A stretch of DNA of 64,000 bases from Squalus acanthias. Taxonomy: Eukaryota. The first letter of the stretch is position 1. Each line of letters begins with the position of its first letter. The DNA is taken from contig CM059432.1 of the NCBI GenBank assembly GCA_030390025.1, positions 15,378,001 through 15,442,000 of the forward strand, given 5' to 3'. Shown here one piece after another: positions 12,098 through 24,440 of this stretch. The position numbers were made by a program, and so were the translations under genes. The notes under the pieces were generated by a model. That model saw nothing but the letters and a program-made list of their open reading frames with translations, was not told the origin of the DNA and ran no database searches.

Positions 12098-13166
12098 CTC
12101 ATCAGGCCAGGCTACCCCCGCAGACCTAGCAGGTTGACTGACCGCCCATGTAGTCCCTGTGTCCTTTTGTCTTTGTACGTTCACAGGAAGTGGAAAGGCT
12201 GTCACTCTGACTTCCTTCCATCCATCCAGCAGGCCTTTCCAATAAAACTGACTACCTCCCTCTCCTCCCTTGGGGTGTGGGTCTCAAGAAATTACCTCCT
12301 GCGATTCTCAAATAGAACAGGGGCCCTTCCTGGTTTACTGGCTTTAATCGGTTCGCATTGTTTTAATCTGCTGCAGCCAAGGGCTGCATCATTCCACAAA
12401 CATTTTCATCTAGCCTTAATAAATACGTTTGTTGCCTGCAGCCTGTGTGTGTTTTTTTTAAACCTGCGTGAATTCACTTTAGTTTAAAACACAACGCTCT
12501 TAAAGATAATTAATTCCCATGAAGAAAAAATATAACCAAAATCATGAAACATGACAAGAGATGATTGTAAGTAAACAGAGTAGTGTTTTAAAAGTGTGCA
12601 AATGGGCAGCACAAATGGATTCTGGAATAAACTGCTCTGAGTAGCACTGAGCTAAGGCATGGAAGCTGTGATCTATTGACGCTTTGTAAAGGCAAAGTGA
12701 AGGTAAGTACATAGCAGACTGTGAACTTTGCTATAATTTACTGTGTTAAAAGCTTACTAATTCTCCATGTCTAATATATCTAAAAGTGCTGCAGCATAAA
12801 AATGGTAAAACCATTTCTCTGCGTTCAAATTCAAATGAATTTGGAACTCCTCCAAGTATAATAAACAGAAAACAAATTAAATTGACTGCTGCAACAGTAA
12901 GTAAAACAATTTCAAACAAAAAAAGAATCACAATCTGGTGCATATATAATAAGTGATAATAGATGCAAGCCAGTAAATTAAAGGCAGAATCCAATTTCAG
13001 AGCTCAAATGCTGCACATTAACTGTTCTCACAAATTACCGTGTCATTTGAGCCCATGAATTAGATTGCTATCCTGTAATTCGCTTACAGGTTCCCTCTGG
13101 GAAGTCAGCGAGGGTCATGTACATGAAAGCAGGGTGATCGCAGCAAGATCACGGTCACGTAGACCT

Positions 13167-13272
13167 GGGGGAAGATTTCCTCGCTTCAATATCTGTAGGA
13201 AAATCATAACCGAATCTAAGGAAGGTCGTTAAAATGTCATTACAAATCTTGGACAGAGGAAATCTTTCCCCC
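13167..13272. mobile_element. Small MITE
   Basis: Inverted ends GGGGAAGATTTCCTC / GAGGAAATCTTTCCCC. Confidence 0.6.
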
Positions 13273-13474
13273 CCCCCCCATGTCACCTTCCTGTAAAATG
13301 TGGTCATCTGCATCCTTCGAATGCTTTAACCAAAAATATTATGTACTGATTAGCCATAAAAAAAAATAAAGAAATGTTCTGTATGTCAGTTGGAAAAACC
13401 ATCTTGAGTATGGCTAGCTTTAGACGAGATGAGGCCAATCTCCCGACTCTATAACATTATTGTGGGCCACAGCC

Positions 13475-14993
13475 TGTAAAGGAATGAGCCAAACCTATTC
13501 AGAAAAATACACCATCCTATGAACAGAATTCTGATTTTATTAAAACATGACAAACTGGGTTTAAAAATCTAAAAGCCTCAACATCACAAAGCTGTAAACA
13601 CCATACAGGCTTTTGAGATAAAGATTGGTTATTGACACTGAGACAATGGCCTATTGAAGAAGAAAAGAGTTGGTTCCAAGGAGTCTGCCGTTTGGAACCA
13701 ACACAATAGCTATACCCAGTTTAAAGTGTTAAAAATTAACACGTCGAACAGAAACACAGACATTACATTGAAGAAGCAAAGAGTTGGTTCCAAGGAGTCT
13801 GTAGTTTGGAATCAACACAATAGCAATGCCCAAGTAAAGTGTTAAAAGCTAACACGTCGAACAGAAACACAGAACATTAAAAAACCATGTGCCTTTGTAA
13901 AACTAACATCAAATGAAACAGGAAACACGATTATATATACAAACAATTGAAGTAGCTAAGAAATGCAAAGAACACCCTAGATGAAGTGTTTTTGATTTAT
14001 AAATTGTAAAGGGTACACAACAGAACACTTTGAAAATATTACATCAATAGGTGACACCAAGCAATCACATTGTGTTTGTATTGAAAATGGAATAGTTAGG
14101 AGACACGACGTCTGCTAATAAGCAGTTAAGTCAATATTAAGAATCAATGGAAGACCTTGCTAAGAATGGCATCAAATAGATACTGCTGTTACATTATTTT
14201 TTTATGATAAGTTTTGAAACACCTATACAGAGACAGAATTCTGAAAGCTAACAGCTGAATTAACAGTAAGAATAGAAAGAAGTCAACAGAGGTATGGCTA
14301 GAGATAATTAGCTTACATCAGCAGAAAACTTCAAAGGATAAACCACTAAAAAAAGGTATAAAAATAGAGTTTTTCAGATAGAAAGTCAGAAGTCGCTGGA
14401 AAGGGGCTGAGCGATTCTCACCTTCAGAACCATTCTGTAGGCCTACAACTCTTTGAGTCTCGGGTAATCAAGGTATTTGATTTTCGTGGATATTCTGGAT
14501 TAAGAAATAAGTAGAAGTGTGGAAATGTAACGAAGTTAAGATTTGAGAATAAGGATCTCTGATAAGAAATGTAAGCTATTTGTATTTTGGACTGTTAAAG
14601 TTGCGATCGAAATCAAAAGCTGTTAACTACATGTCGGTTCTTTAATAAATCTATATATTTTTAAAATTGTCTCACAGAGTATTTCTGTATCAAACTCGTG
14701 AACTCAATTTCTGTACACTCTTCTGTGAGGAGTTGCAGAATTCTGGGGGGTTTTCTGGACCCTCATAATATCCAGAAGGTTAGTCTAGTTAAACTTGTTA
14801 AAAGTGCTATCCGGAGGACGGTAATATCTTCAGGCCATTCCTTTCCTTTAGGGAGAGATAGTCTGACCTTTAGACCCAATTAAGCGTCTTATAGGATTCG
14901 GCTATCTCTAACTTTAGTTGAAGGGGAACGTCTGGGGAATACGCCTGATCTGGGGTAGCCCGAGAAGGGCTAGGACTTGTAATTATCCCTTCA
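13475..14993 (+). mobile_element. Solo LTR (1,519 bp) of a retrovirus-like element
   Basis: TGTAAAGG...CCCTTCA ends; 4-bp TSD AGCC (13471-13474, 14994-14997); TATAAAA at 14357; AATAAA at 14644; 114-bp tandem duplication in the putative U3. Confidence 0.7.
13653..13878. repeat. 114-bp tandem duplication inside the putative LTR U3
   Basis: attgaagaag.aaagagttggttccaaggagtctg...aacacgtcgaacagaaacacaga repeated at 13653 and 13767. Confidence 0.95.
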
Positions 14994-15928
14994 AGCCGGC
15001 CTGTGCCTACCTCCCCACCTCCCCCATCCCATGACTTCCCGGTCCCCTCTCTCCCCTCTCCTCCCGGTCTCTGCTCCCCCTCCTGGTCACCTCCCCGCTC
15101 CCCTCCCACTCTCCGTCCGATCTCCTCTCCTCCCCCACCCTCCCAGGGCTTACCCAAGGGTCGCCAGCAAGGCCCAAATTGGATCCCCAGTAAACAGGTG
15201 ACCGGTGCCGGCAGCTCGCCACTATTATCACAATGAGGCCTGAGGCCCAGCTTCTGTCCAGCCTCGGGCCTCCCGGTTTGGGCACGCACTGGAAGCGCGG
15301 CCTCATTTGTGCACCTGAAGGTGGGCCGTAACAAATCGCTAGCCCATTATGTCAGGCCTCTGCTCTGATTGCGCTACCCCAGGATTTCCAAGGGTTCTTG
15401 AGGGTGGGGTAGAATGGCTGCACTTGCAGTAGGCGCAGCCATGGTAATGAGGTGGGAGGGAGCAAGCAGCAAAGGCCAGCAGAGCCACGGCAAGTCCCTT
15501 TTTCATTCAGGGAGAGGGAGTTTGGCATGAAAGGCCTTCTTGTTTTCAGACAGCAGCCAGAAAGCCCATTTGATGGTGGCCATTGCCTCTGCTGTAATCC
15601 TCTCGTGTCTTACTTTCCACACCCTTTTCAAGGCACGTAGCTCTCCATAGGGTCGGGCCAGCACCTGCGGTGATTTGGGCTCCAGCTAATGACATGAAAT
15701 GTGGGCAGGTTCAGGTCAGGTAAAGCACACTTTCCCCCTTTCCAGTGACCAGACGTAGGGAGATGTATTTTGGGTACTTAGCTGTAACTGTTTTTTTTAA
15801 TTAATCAATCAGATTTGACACAAATAGTTCCTGCTGAAGCAATGTTAGTCCATGATATACAAGATTGATTGGATGTACTACTGTACAAGCTGAAAAGTCC
15901 TTTGAGGAAAGAGGAGTTCTGTCACTGA

Positions 15929-16365
15929 TGGCTTGATTGGCACCCCATCCACCACCTTAAACATTCACTCCCTCCACCACCGGCGTACCGTGGCTGCAGT
16001 GTGTACCATCTATAAGATGCACTGCAGCAACTCACCAAGGCTTCTTCGCCAGCACTTCCCAAACCCATGATCTCTTCCACCTAGAAGGACAAGGGCAGCA
16101 AGCACATGGGAACACCACCACCTCCAAGTTCCCCTCCAAGTCACACACCATCCTGACTTAGAAGTATATCGCCGATCCTTCATCGTCACTGGGTCAAAAT
16201 CCTGGAACTCCCTTCCTAACAGCACTGTGGGAGTACCTTCACCACACAGACTGCAGCGGTTCAAGAAGGCGGCTCACCACCACCTTCTCGAGGGCAATTA
16301 GGGATGGGCAATAAATGCTGGCCTTGCCAGCGACGCCCCACATCCATAAACGAATTTTTAAAAAT
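15929..16365 (+). mobile_element. Family-B LINE 3' fragment
   Basis: Matches the 3' end of the 1324-4915 and 34462-36435 copies. Confidence 0.85.
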
Positions 16366-16509
16366 GACCATCCACTTAAATCCTGCTGGGAAGTGCACGT
16401 GTGTGGACATCAGGCTGAGATTTGACTATGATGCTTCTCACAATCAAATAACTCTGCGGACACTCACTTTCTAGGATCACATACAAAGAATGACCACCGG
16501 GACAATTTT

Positions 16510-17527
16510 AAATAGAATTTTACAGCATAGAAACAGGCCATTTGGCCCATCAGGTCTATGCCTGTGTTTATGCTCCACATGAGCCTCCTCCCATCTTACT
16601 TCATCTCACCCTATCAACATATCCTTCTATTCCTTTTTTTATTATTATTCGTTCCTGGGATGGGGGCGTCGCTGGCAAGGCCAGCATTTATTGCCCATCA
16701 CTAATTGCCCTTGAGAAGGTGGTGGTGAGCCGCCTTCTTGAACCTCTGCAGTCCGTGTGGTGAAGGTACTCCCACAGTGCTGTTAGGGAGGGACTTCCAG
16801 GATTTTGACCCAGCGACGATGAAGGAACGGCGATATACTTCCAAGTCAGGATGTACTTATCTAGCTTCCCTTTAAATGCATCTATGCTATTCACTTCAAT
16901 GTGGTAGCAAGTTCCACATTCACACCACTCTGAGTAACATAGAAACATAGAAACATAGAAGATAGGAGCAGGAGTAGGCCATTCGGCCCTTCGAGCCTGC
17001 TCCGCCATTCAATGAGATCATGGCTGATCATCCAAACTCAGTACCCTGTACCTGCCTTCTCCCCATATCCCTTGATACCTTTAGCTTTAAGAAATATACC
17101 TAACTCATTCTTGAATATATTTAATGACTTGGCCTCAACTACCTTCTGTGGTAGAGAATTCCACAGGTTCACCACTCTCTGGGTAAAGAAATTCTTCCTC
17201 ATTTCTGTCCGAAATGGCTTACCCCTTATCCTTAGATTATGACCCCTGGTTCTGGACTCTCCAACCATTGGGAACATTCTTCCTGCATCTAGTTTGTCCA
17301 GACCTGTCAGAATTTTATATGTTTCGATGAGATCCCCTCTCATTCTTCTATACTCCAGCGAGTATAAGCCCAATCGACCCAATCTTTCCTCATATGTCAT
17401 TCTGCCATCCCAGGTATCAGCCTTGTGAATCTTTGCTGAACTCCCTCCATGGCAAAAACATCCTTCCTCAGATAAGGCGACCAAAACTGCACACAATACT
17501 CAAGGTGTGGTCTTACCAAGGCCCTGT
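16510..17527 (-). mobile_element. Cluster of CR1/HER1 3' fragments with a nested family-B tail (~16645-16852)
   Basis: ORF 17038-17496 (YEERLGRLGLYSLE.RRMRGDLIETYKIL) and characteristic tails. Confidence 0.85.
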
Positions 17528-17724
17528 TGGATTCCTCAATTCCTCAATTGGATTCATTAGTGATTTATGGCCCTTAGTTTTGGACTCCCTCACAAGTGCT
17601 GCTGTGCCACTGTAACCCAGCATGAGTCAGCCCCTTCAAGAAAGAAGGGTAGGAATGGAACCTGGAGGCAAACATGTATTAAAGGAAGAGGCTGAATTTA
17701 TCTAAGAAGTATCCTGGCCACATA

Positions 17725-17960
17725 GACCAGGAGGGTCCCGGATTCAATCAGCAGTCTGTATTGAGTTACCTAATCTCAGCTGGCGTAGTGATAGAAGTGC
17801 TACAATGAGCATCGACGAACTAGGTTAGTGAGGGAAATATCAACCCAGTTCTTTGCTCCGGATTGCTATCCAGCAACCCCTGCTGGAAGTGCACGCTGGC
17901 TGAAGACAAAAGTGGGCGGCGCCGCAATGTCTTCTGTTGACATTCACCGTCAAGGTTCAC
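17725..17960 (+). mobile_element. Old SINE-like repeat (family C); related diverged pieces near 19480-19790, 34080-34430, 37900-38110, 46640-47020, 49310-49520, 52400-52890, 55745-56960, 57455-57850 and 63790-64000
   Basis: Recurrent motifs ctgtgctgagtt.gctgatctcagc, tacaattggcctcag and ggttcctgctcctgatcgctatccagtgacccctgctgga. Confidence 0.6.
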
Positions 17961-18658
17961 ACATTAATAATCACCTCTTGGAAGAGGAACCAGAGAGCAA
18001 TCAGTATCCCTCGAACCAGGAGTCAACACCTTCAGGAGCAGGGGTGGGGGGGGGTGGTGGGTGCAGAGAAAAGAAGTTTTTTTAAGACTTGGGTATATGT
18101 AAAGATCACAGACGAGAAATTTCTCCTGTCAATAATTTTACTGAAAAAGTCATGTTAAAATTAACAGGAGGAATTTTAGCAGCCAAAGCCACGGGTTTCA
18201 GAAGCCAGGTATTTGCTTCGTGTCGCCTCCTCCTTCCATTAAACTGCATTCATACATTTTTCCTCCTGCCGATTTGTATTCATTGGGAGTGAAAAGCCAT
18301 GGCATAGATTATTAAAAATCATTGTACGGAAGGGCTTTTATAAAAGTAAAATGAAGCGAATCTATCTTTCGGAAACAGACACACGCAGAATTAGCGAGGC
18401 TAACACAGCACAATGATATTGTATTAAGAGATATTTTTTTATTTAATATTCACATTCCCAAATGTGCAAACCCAGAACCGCCTGGGATGTTTCTTTCACC
18501 CTGCTTAGCTGCTAATACTTGCTGAATGGGATTCCATGCGGAGCTCGTGTGCCAAGTCTAAAGGACAATCGAGGTTTTTACATGTTTTTAATCCGTCTAG
18601 AGCGCGCAAATGTTTGATAGGTGAGGCCAGAAATCATTGTTAAGTGCTTTAAAAGAAA

Positions 18659-18679
18659 ATGTCAAAGTCTGAGGAGCAG
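18659..18679 (+). other. Candidate short first coding exon segment (MSKSEEQ)
   Basis: aaaATGTCAAAGTCTGAGGAGCAG followed by a perfect CAG|GTAAGT donor in unique sequence; phase 0; possible acceptor at 18600. Confidence 0.25.
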
Positions 18680-18860
18680 GTAAGTGGTTACCTTTTGCAA
18701 CATGCTTTCCATACTGTCACTCTTACACCTCAGTAAAGTCTGTATTCATGTATTCACTCCCCATTTTATTGCCTTTGCAGATAGCCCTGTAATATAGGAG
18801 AGGTGCCCTGAATACTGTCAGAAGGAAAGAATACTACATGAGGGAATCTCATTATCAATG

Positions 18861-19333
18861 GTGTCAACTATGGCTCATTGGCAGCACTCTCACCTCTGAG
18901 TCAGAAGGTTGTAGGTTCAATAGTCCCACCCCAGCCCAAAGGTCAGAAGGTTCAAATGCCCACACCAGTAACTTGAGCAGTACTGAGGGAGCGCTGCACT
19001 GTCGGAGGTGCTGTCTTTCAGATGAGACGTTAAACCGAGGCCCCGTCTGCTCACTCAGGTGGATGTAAAAATTCCCATGGCACTATTTTGAAGAAGAGCA
19101 GGGGAGTTATCCCCGGTGTCCTGGCCAATATTTATCCCTCAACCAACATCACTAAAATACAGATTATCTGGTCATTATCACATTGCTGTTTGTGGGAGCT
19201 TGCTGTGTGTAAATTGGCTGCCACATTTCTTACATTACAACAGTGGCTGCAGTCCAAAAGTACTTCATTGGCTATAAAGCGCTTTGGGACGTCCTGAGGT
19301 TGTGACAGGCGCTATATAAATGCAAGTCTTCCT
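18861..19333 (+). mobile_element. SacSINE1-like Deu-domain SINE
   Basis: tRNA head, Deu core and gcgctatataaatgcaagtctt tail. Confidence 0.85.
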
Positions 19334-20157
19334 TACCTCAGCCACCAAAGTTAGAAATGCCACATGGCAACAGATGTCCAACTTAGTATGGTCGTGGACT
19401 CTAGGACCACTCCTAAAAGCCAGTAATAGACTTCTTTTCCTTCTTCCTTTTTCCACCCTCCCCCACTCCTCTGCTGAAAGTGTTGGCTTTTTATTGTGAA
19501 CAATACAATGGGTGTAAGGCATCTTCCGGTATTTTCAATGGGCCATTATTCATGTGTGAGACTTGACAGCGAAGGTCAGAAGGCTATTTATCTGTGGAGG
19601 CACGGGAAGTGGAGCTGGATCATGTCCTCCTCTCATGCCCACTCATATGCACCTCCAACGAGGGTCACAGTTAGCGATCAGGAGCAGGAAACCTGACCAA
19701 TTCTTCCCACGGCAACCCAGAGGCACTGAGGTCAACGGTGGTGTCCCTACACTCACCCAGGATGAGATCGAATAGGCTTTTAGCATTGGCAGCCTTTATG
19801 GATCTACCCCTAACATTGGCCAGAATAGAAAAGTCAGAAATGCAAACTTGTAGCAACTGCCAACACACATGTGTTCACACAGGCAGATGTTCCTGTGGTT
19901 CAGTCTGCTCCACAGTAAAACAGGAACCAGATCATATTCCATTAATTGTGGTCCGCAATATAAACATATCTAGTGGGTTAATTGTAGGGGATAAATCATC
20001 TTCCAAAACAACCTTTTGCAATGGAAACTGCATGCAAGTAGCTTGGGATAAAGGTGTCAAGCTTCTTCTTCTTTTCGTGTCTTCTCGCTGTTCCCTTTGG
20101 GGAAGAGTGTGAAGTAGTGGAAGGATTCGCAGACTGTTTAACAGTCTGACTGGCCAT

Positions 20158-21418
20158 GTTAACGCTCCTTCCACATAAAAGGTTGTTAAGCAAGATAAGG
20201 GCTCATGGGGTTGGGGGTAAGGTATTAGCATGGATAGAGGATTGGTCAACAGACAGAAAACAGAGAGTAGGGATAAACGGGTCATTTTCAGATTGGCAGG
20301 CTGTAACTAGTGGGGTGCCGCAAGGATCAGTGCTTGGGCCTCAGCTATTTACAATCTATATTAATGACTTAGGTGAAAGGACCGAGTGTAATGTATCCAA
20401 GTTTGCTGATGATACAAAGCTAGGTGGGAAAGTAAGCTGTGAGGAGAACACAAAGAGCCTGCAAAGGGATTTAGACAGGTTAAGTGAGTGGGCAATAAGG
20501 TGGCAGATGGAGTATAATGTGAGGAAATACGAAGTTTTTCACTTTGGTAGGAAGAATAGAAAAACAGAATATTTTTTAAATGGTGAGAAACTATAAAATG
20601 TTGGAGACCAGAGAGATTTGGGTGTCCTAGTACAAGAAACACAGAGTTAGCATGCTGGTACAGCAAGCAATTAGGAATGCAAATGGCATGTTGGCCTTTA
20701 TTGCTGGAGGATTGGATTATAAGAGTAAGGAAGTCTTGCTACAATTATACAGGGCTCTGGTGAGACCACACCCGGAGTACTGTGCACAGTTTTGGGGGGA
20801 AAAATTGGGTATAGCCCATTTTGGGGCACTAACCTCGCCGGGCATTAAAAGTAATGCCCCTGCCCCGCTAACGAGAGGCACAAAGCAACCCAATTTCTAG
20901 CCCTTGGTCTCCTTATTTAAGGAAGGATATACCTGCCTTAGAGGCGGTGCAACGAAGGTTCCCTGGGATGAGAGGGTTGTCCTATGAGAAGAGATTGGGC
21001 CTATATTCTCTGGAGTTTAGAAGAATGAGAGGTGATCTCATTGAAACATATAAGATTCTGAGGAGGATTGACAGGGTAGATGCTGAGAGATTGTTTCCCC
21101 TGGCTGGAGAGTCTAGAACTAGGGGACATAGTCTCAGGATAAGGGGTCGGCCATTTAAGACCGAGATGAAGAAGAATTTCTTCACTCAGAGGGTTGTGAA
21201 TCTTTGGAATTCTCTACCCCAGAGGACTGTGGATGCTTAGTTGTTGAGTATATTGAAGGCTGGGATAGATAGATTTTTGGACTCTCAAGGAATTAAGGGA
21301 TATGGGGATAGGGCGGAAAGTGGAGTTGAGGTCGAAGATCAGCCATGATCTTATTGAATGGAGGAGCAGGCTCAAGGGGCCGTATGGCCTACTCCTGCTC
21401 CTAATTCTTATGTTCTTA
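20158..21418 (+). mobile_element. 5'-truncated CR1/HER1 LINE with 7-bp TSD TGGCCAT
   Basis: RT motifs [20 protein letters not shown] and SKFADDTKL; TSD at 20151-20157 and 21419-21425. Confidence 0.9.
20795..20903. mobile_element. Internally deleted family-2 MITE inside a CR1
   Basis: GGGGGAAAAATTGGG...CCCAATTTCTAGCCC; TSD TTG; removing it restores the LINE sequence cagttttggtctcc. Confidence 0.8.
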
Positions 21419-21423
21419 TGGCC

Positions 21424-21696
21424 ATATTCTTTTCATGGATGTCTTTATAATAGCCGGGTGGTTAGTCCGATATAGCGGGAGGGTTTTATGGGCTCCCACA
21501 ACCCATACGACGAGGTGGGGGCGCCAGCCACACCCACCGGACGCGAGTATCCCGCTGGAATTCAAAGCCGGTGCTCCGACTCCTCTCACCGGGACTGTCT
21601 GGGGTGGGGTTCGAGGCGGGAATGCTACTACTGCACCAAAGGCTCACTCCCGGCATCGAGCTATGGAGTTAGGTGTAATGTCCATGAAAAGAATAT
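21424..21696 (-). mobile_element. CpG-rich tRNA-like cassette bounded by 16-bp inverted repeats
   Basis: ATATTCTTTTCATGGA (21424-21439) / TCCATGAAAAGAATAT (21681-21696); minus-strand A-box-like TGGTGCAGTAG and degenerate B-box-like GGCTTTGAATTCC. Confidence 0.45.
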
Positions 21697-22304
21697 TGTT
21701 GTAAAAAACAATCCTTTCGCTTTTTCAAAATTAATGTCACTTCTAACATTGCAAAGCAAATGCTGTGGGAATAGCACAGCTGCAGACTGAATCAGGATGC
21801 AATTCTCAAAGATCTCAGTCTCCCCTTTCATCTATATTCTACAGTCATCTAAAGCCCAACTTAGCATCAAATGACTACTACTTGATTTCCCTTGCCCTCT
21901 CTCCTACTCTTTCAAATCTTGGTGATGGGTTGGTCTACCCTTCAGCTTAGTACATACAATTTTACATTCTGCCCCTGGTATTTAGAAAAATGACTGCTAT
22001 AATTTCAATACTTTGTACTCTCTATTTTTACAAGTCTCATTTTTTCTGGAAACCAGAAGGTCGTCCTGGAACAAAGAGCGTAAATAAAGGTGATTTTCGC
22101 TTCACTTCCACTGATGTAGGACAACTGTTCAATTGGTGCCAGTCACTGTTGGCATCAGGACTGAACAAGCTTATATTAGTAAGGCTTGGGGTAGACTCTA
22201 CCCAGCTCCTAATGAGTGCAAAGTTGCCCACAATTTGGAACTAAAATGGGCAAACTCACTTGGAGAGACCTTAACGATATCTAGTGTAGAAAATGCACTG
22301 GTCC

Positions 22305-22430
22305 AGTCCTGACGAAAGGTCTTTGACCCGAAACGTTAACCCTGTTTCTCTCTCCGCAGATGCTGCCTGACCTGCTGAGCATTTTCTGTTTTTTTTTTCC
22401 AGATTTCCAGCATCCGCGGTATTTTGCTTT
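22305..22430 (+). mobile_element. Short non-autonomous retroelement with a hammerhead-like motif
   Basis: CTGACGA-A-AGGTC-TTT-GACCC-GAAA-CGTT at 22309; 11-bp TSD tg(c/t)actggtcc at 22294 and 22431. Confidence 0.7.
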
Positions 22431-23157
22431 TGTACTGGTCCTTGTATGGGCTGTTTCTCCGAGTATGGGAGTTCAGTTACGTCATTGGGTCAACGTAGAA
22501 GAGAGCTTTTTCCTGCATCTAACCTGAAAGTGATTGAAGCAGACACCAGTATAGATGTTCCTTTTACCACTGTCGGCCTTCTGACTGTAATCACCATTAA
22601 TACAAATAGATGAAGCATCCAGTGAGAGGGGATAGCAACGTTACTTTGATGTAACACAAACTGCCTGTCCTGCAAAGTTCAGTCAGGTGGTTCATTCACT
22701 CAGGTACATTATCACATCAGGATGGCCTACATGGTGTTGTTATTTATTTTGCTCTAACGTCACCACACCATGCTTTGCTTCAGTGACAGTAAACGGAGAC
22801 CAACTATTCCCTGAACTCGGAGTGTTTCTGTGGGCCAGTTTGAACTTATTTTGAGGAATAAGACACCTGTGCTGATGATTTCTACTGAAATAATAATCAT
22901 GTTTTTTTTTAAACTGTGCATTTACAACTTGACGAGAAAGAACGACCAAAGGAAATTTTCCTGCATTTGTTTACAATGTCACTATGCATAGCAACCAGAG
23001 GAAAGAGTGCCATTTCCTGTGTACGTGCACACTCTTAGCTTACACTACAATTACTCCACTTCAAAATAATTCATTATACGTGAAGTGCTTTGTACCATTT
23101 CTGAGAGACATATATTGTATTGACTGGTTTAACTGACATCCTAAACCACAACAGGGA

Positions 23158-24440
23158 ATAGAATCATTGAATCATAGAATGGTTACAGCACAGAAGGAGG
23201 CCATTCGGCCCATCAAGCCCGTGCCAGCTCTCTGCAAGAGCACTTCAGCTAGTCCCACTCCCCCACCCTTTCCCTGTAGCCCTGCAAATTTTTTTCCTTC
23301 AGGTACTTATCCAACTCCTGTTTGAAAGCCACGATTGAATCTGCCTCCACCACCCTTTCAGGCAGTGCATTCCAGATACTCACTGCGTAAAAAAGTTTTT
23401 CCTCATGTCGACTTTGGTTCTTCTGCCAATCACCTTAAATCTGTGTCTTCTGGTTCTCGACCCTTCCGCCAATGGGAACAGTTTCTCTCTGTCTACTCAG
23501 TCTCGACCCCTCATGATTTTGAACACTTCTATCAAATCTCCTCTCAACCTTCTCTGCTCTAAGGAGAACAACCCCAGCTTCTCCAGTCTATCCACGTAAC
23601 TGAAGTCTCTCATCCCTGGAACCATTCTTGTAAATCTTTTCTGCACCCTCTCTAAGACCTTCACATCCTTCCTAAAGTACGGTGCCCAGAATTGGACACA
23701 ATACTCCTGTTGTAGCCGAACCAGTGTTTTATAAAGGTTCATCATAACTTCCTTGCTTTTGTACTCTATGCCTCTATTTATGAAGCCCAGGATCCCGTAT
23801 GCTTTTTTAACCTGCCCTGCCACCTTTAATGATTTGTGCACATATACCCCCAGGTCTCGCTGTTCATGCACCCCCTTCAGGATTGTACCCTTTAGTTTAT
23901 ATTGCCTCTTCTCGTTCTTCCTACCAAAATGTATCACTTCGCACTTTTCTGCACGTGTCCGCCCATTCCACCAGCCTGTCTATGTCTTCTTGAAGTCTAT
24001 CGCTCTCCTCCTCGCTGTTCACTATACTTGCAAGTTTTGAGTTATCTGCAAATTTTAAAACTGTGCCCTGTACACCCAAGTCTAAGTCATTAATATATAT
24101 CAAGAAAAGCAGTGGTCCCAGTGCCGACCCCTGGGGAACACCACTGTATACCTTCCTCCAGTCCGAAAAACAACCATTCACCACGACTCTCTGTTTCCTG
24201 ACACTTAGCCAATTCCGTATCCATGTTGCCACTGTCCCTTTTATTCCATGGGCTTCAACTTTGCTGGCATGCCTATTATGTGGCACTTTATCAAATGCCT
24301 TTTGGAAGTCCATGTACAGCACATCAACCGCATTGCCCTCATCAACCCTCTCTGTTACCGCATCAAAAAACTCAATCAAGTTAGTTAAACACGATTTGCT
24401 TTTAACAAATCCGTGCTGGCTTTCCTTAATTAATCAATAC
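23158..24440 (-). mobile_element. CR1 LINE fragment (RT to 3' end)
   Basis: ORFs 23921-24379 (MDFQKAFDKVPH, GVPQGS.LGPLLFLIYINDLD) and 23497-23937. Confidence 0.9.

Noticed and set aside
14187..15333. Alternative LTR boundaries TGTTAC...GTAACA
   Set aside because: No TSD (ctgc vs aatc), and 14998-15345 looks like a GC-rich MITE end; 13475-14993 has an exact TSD.
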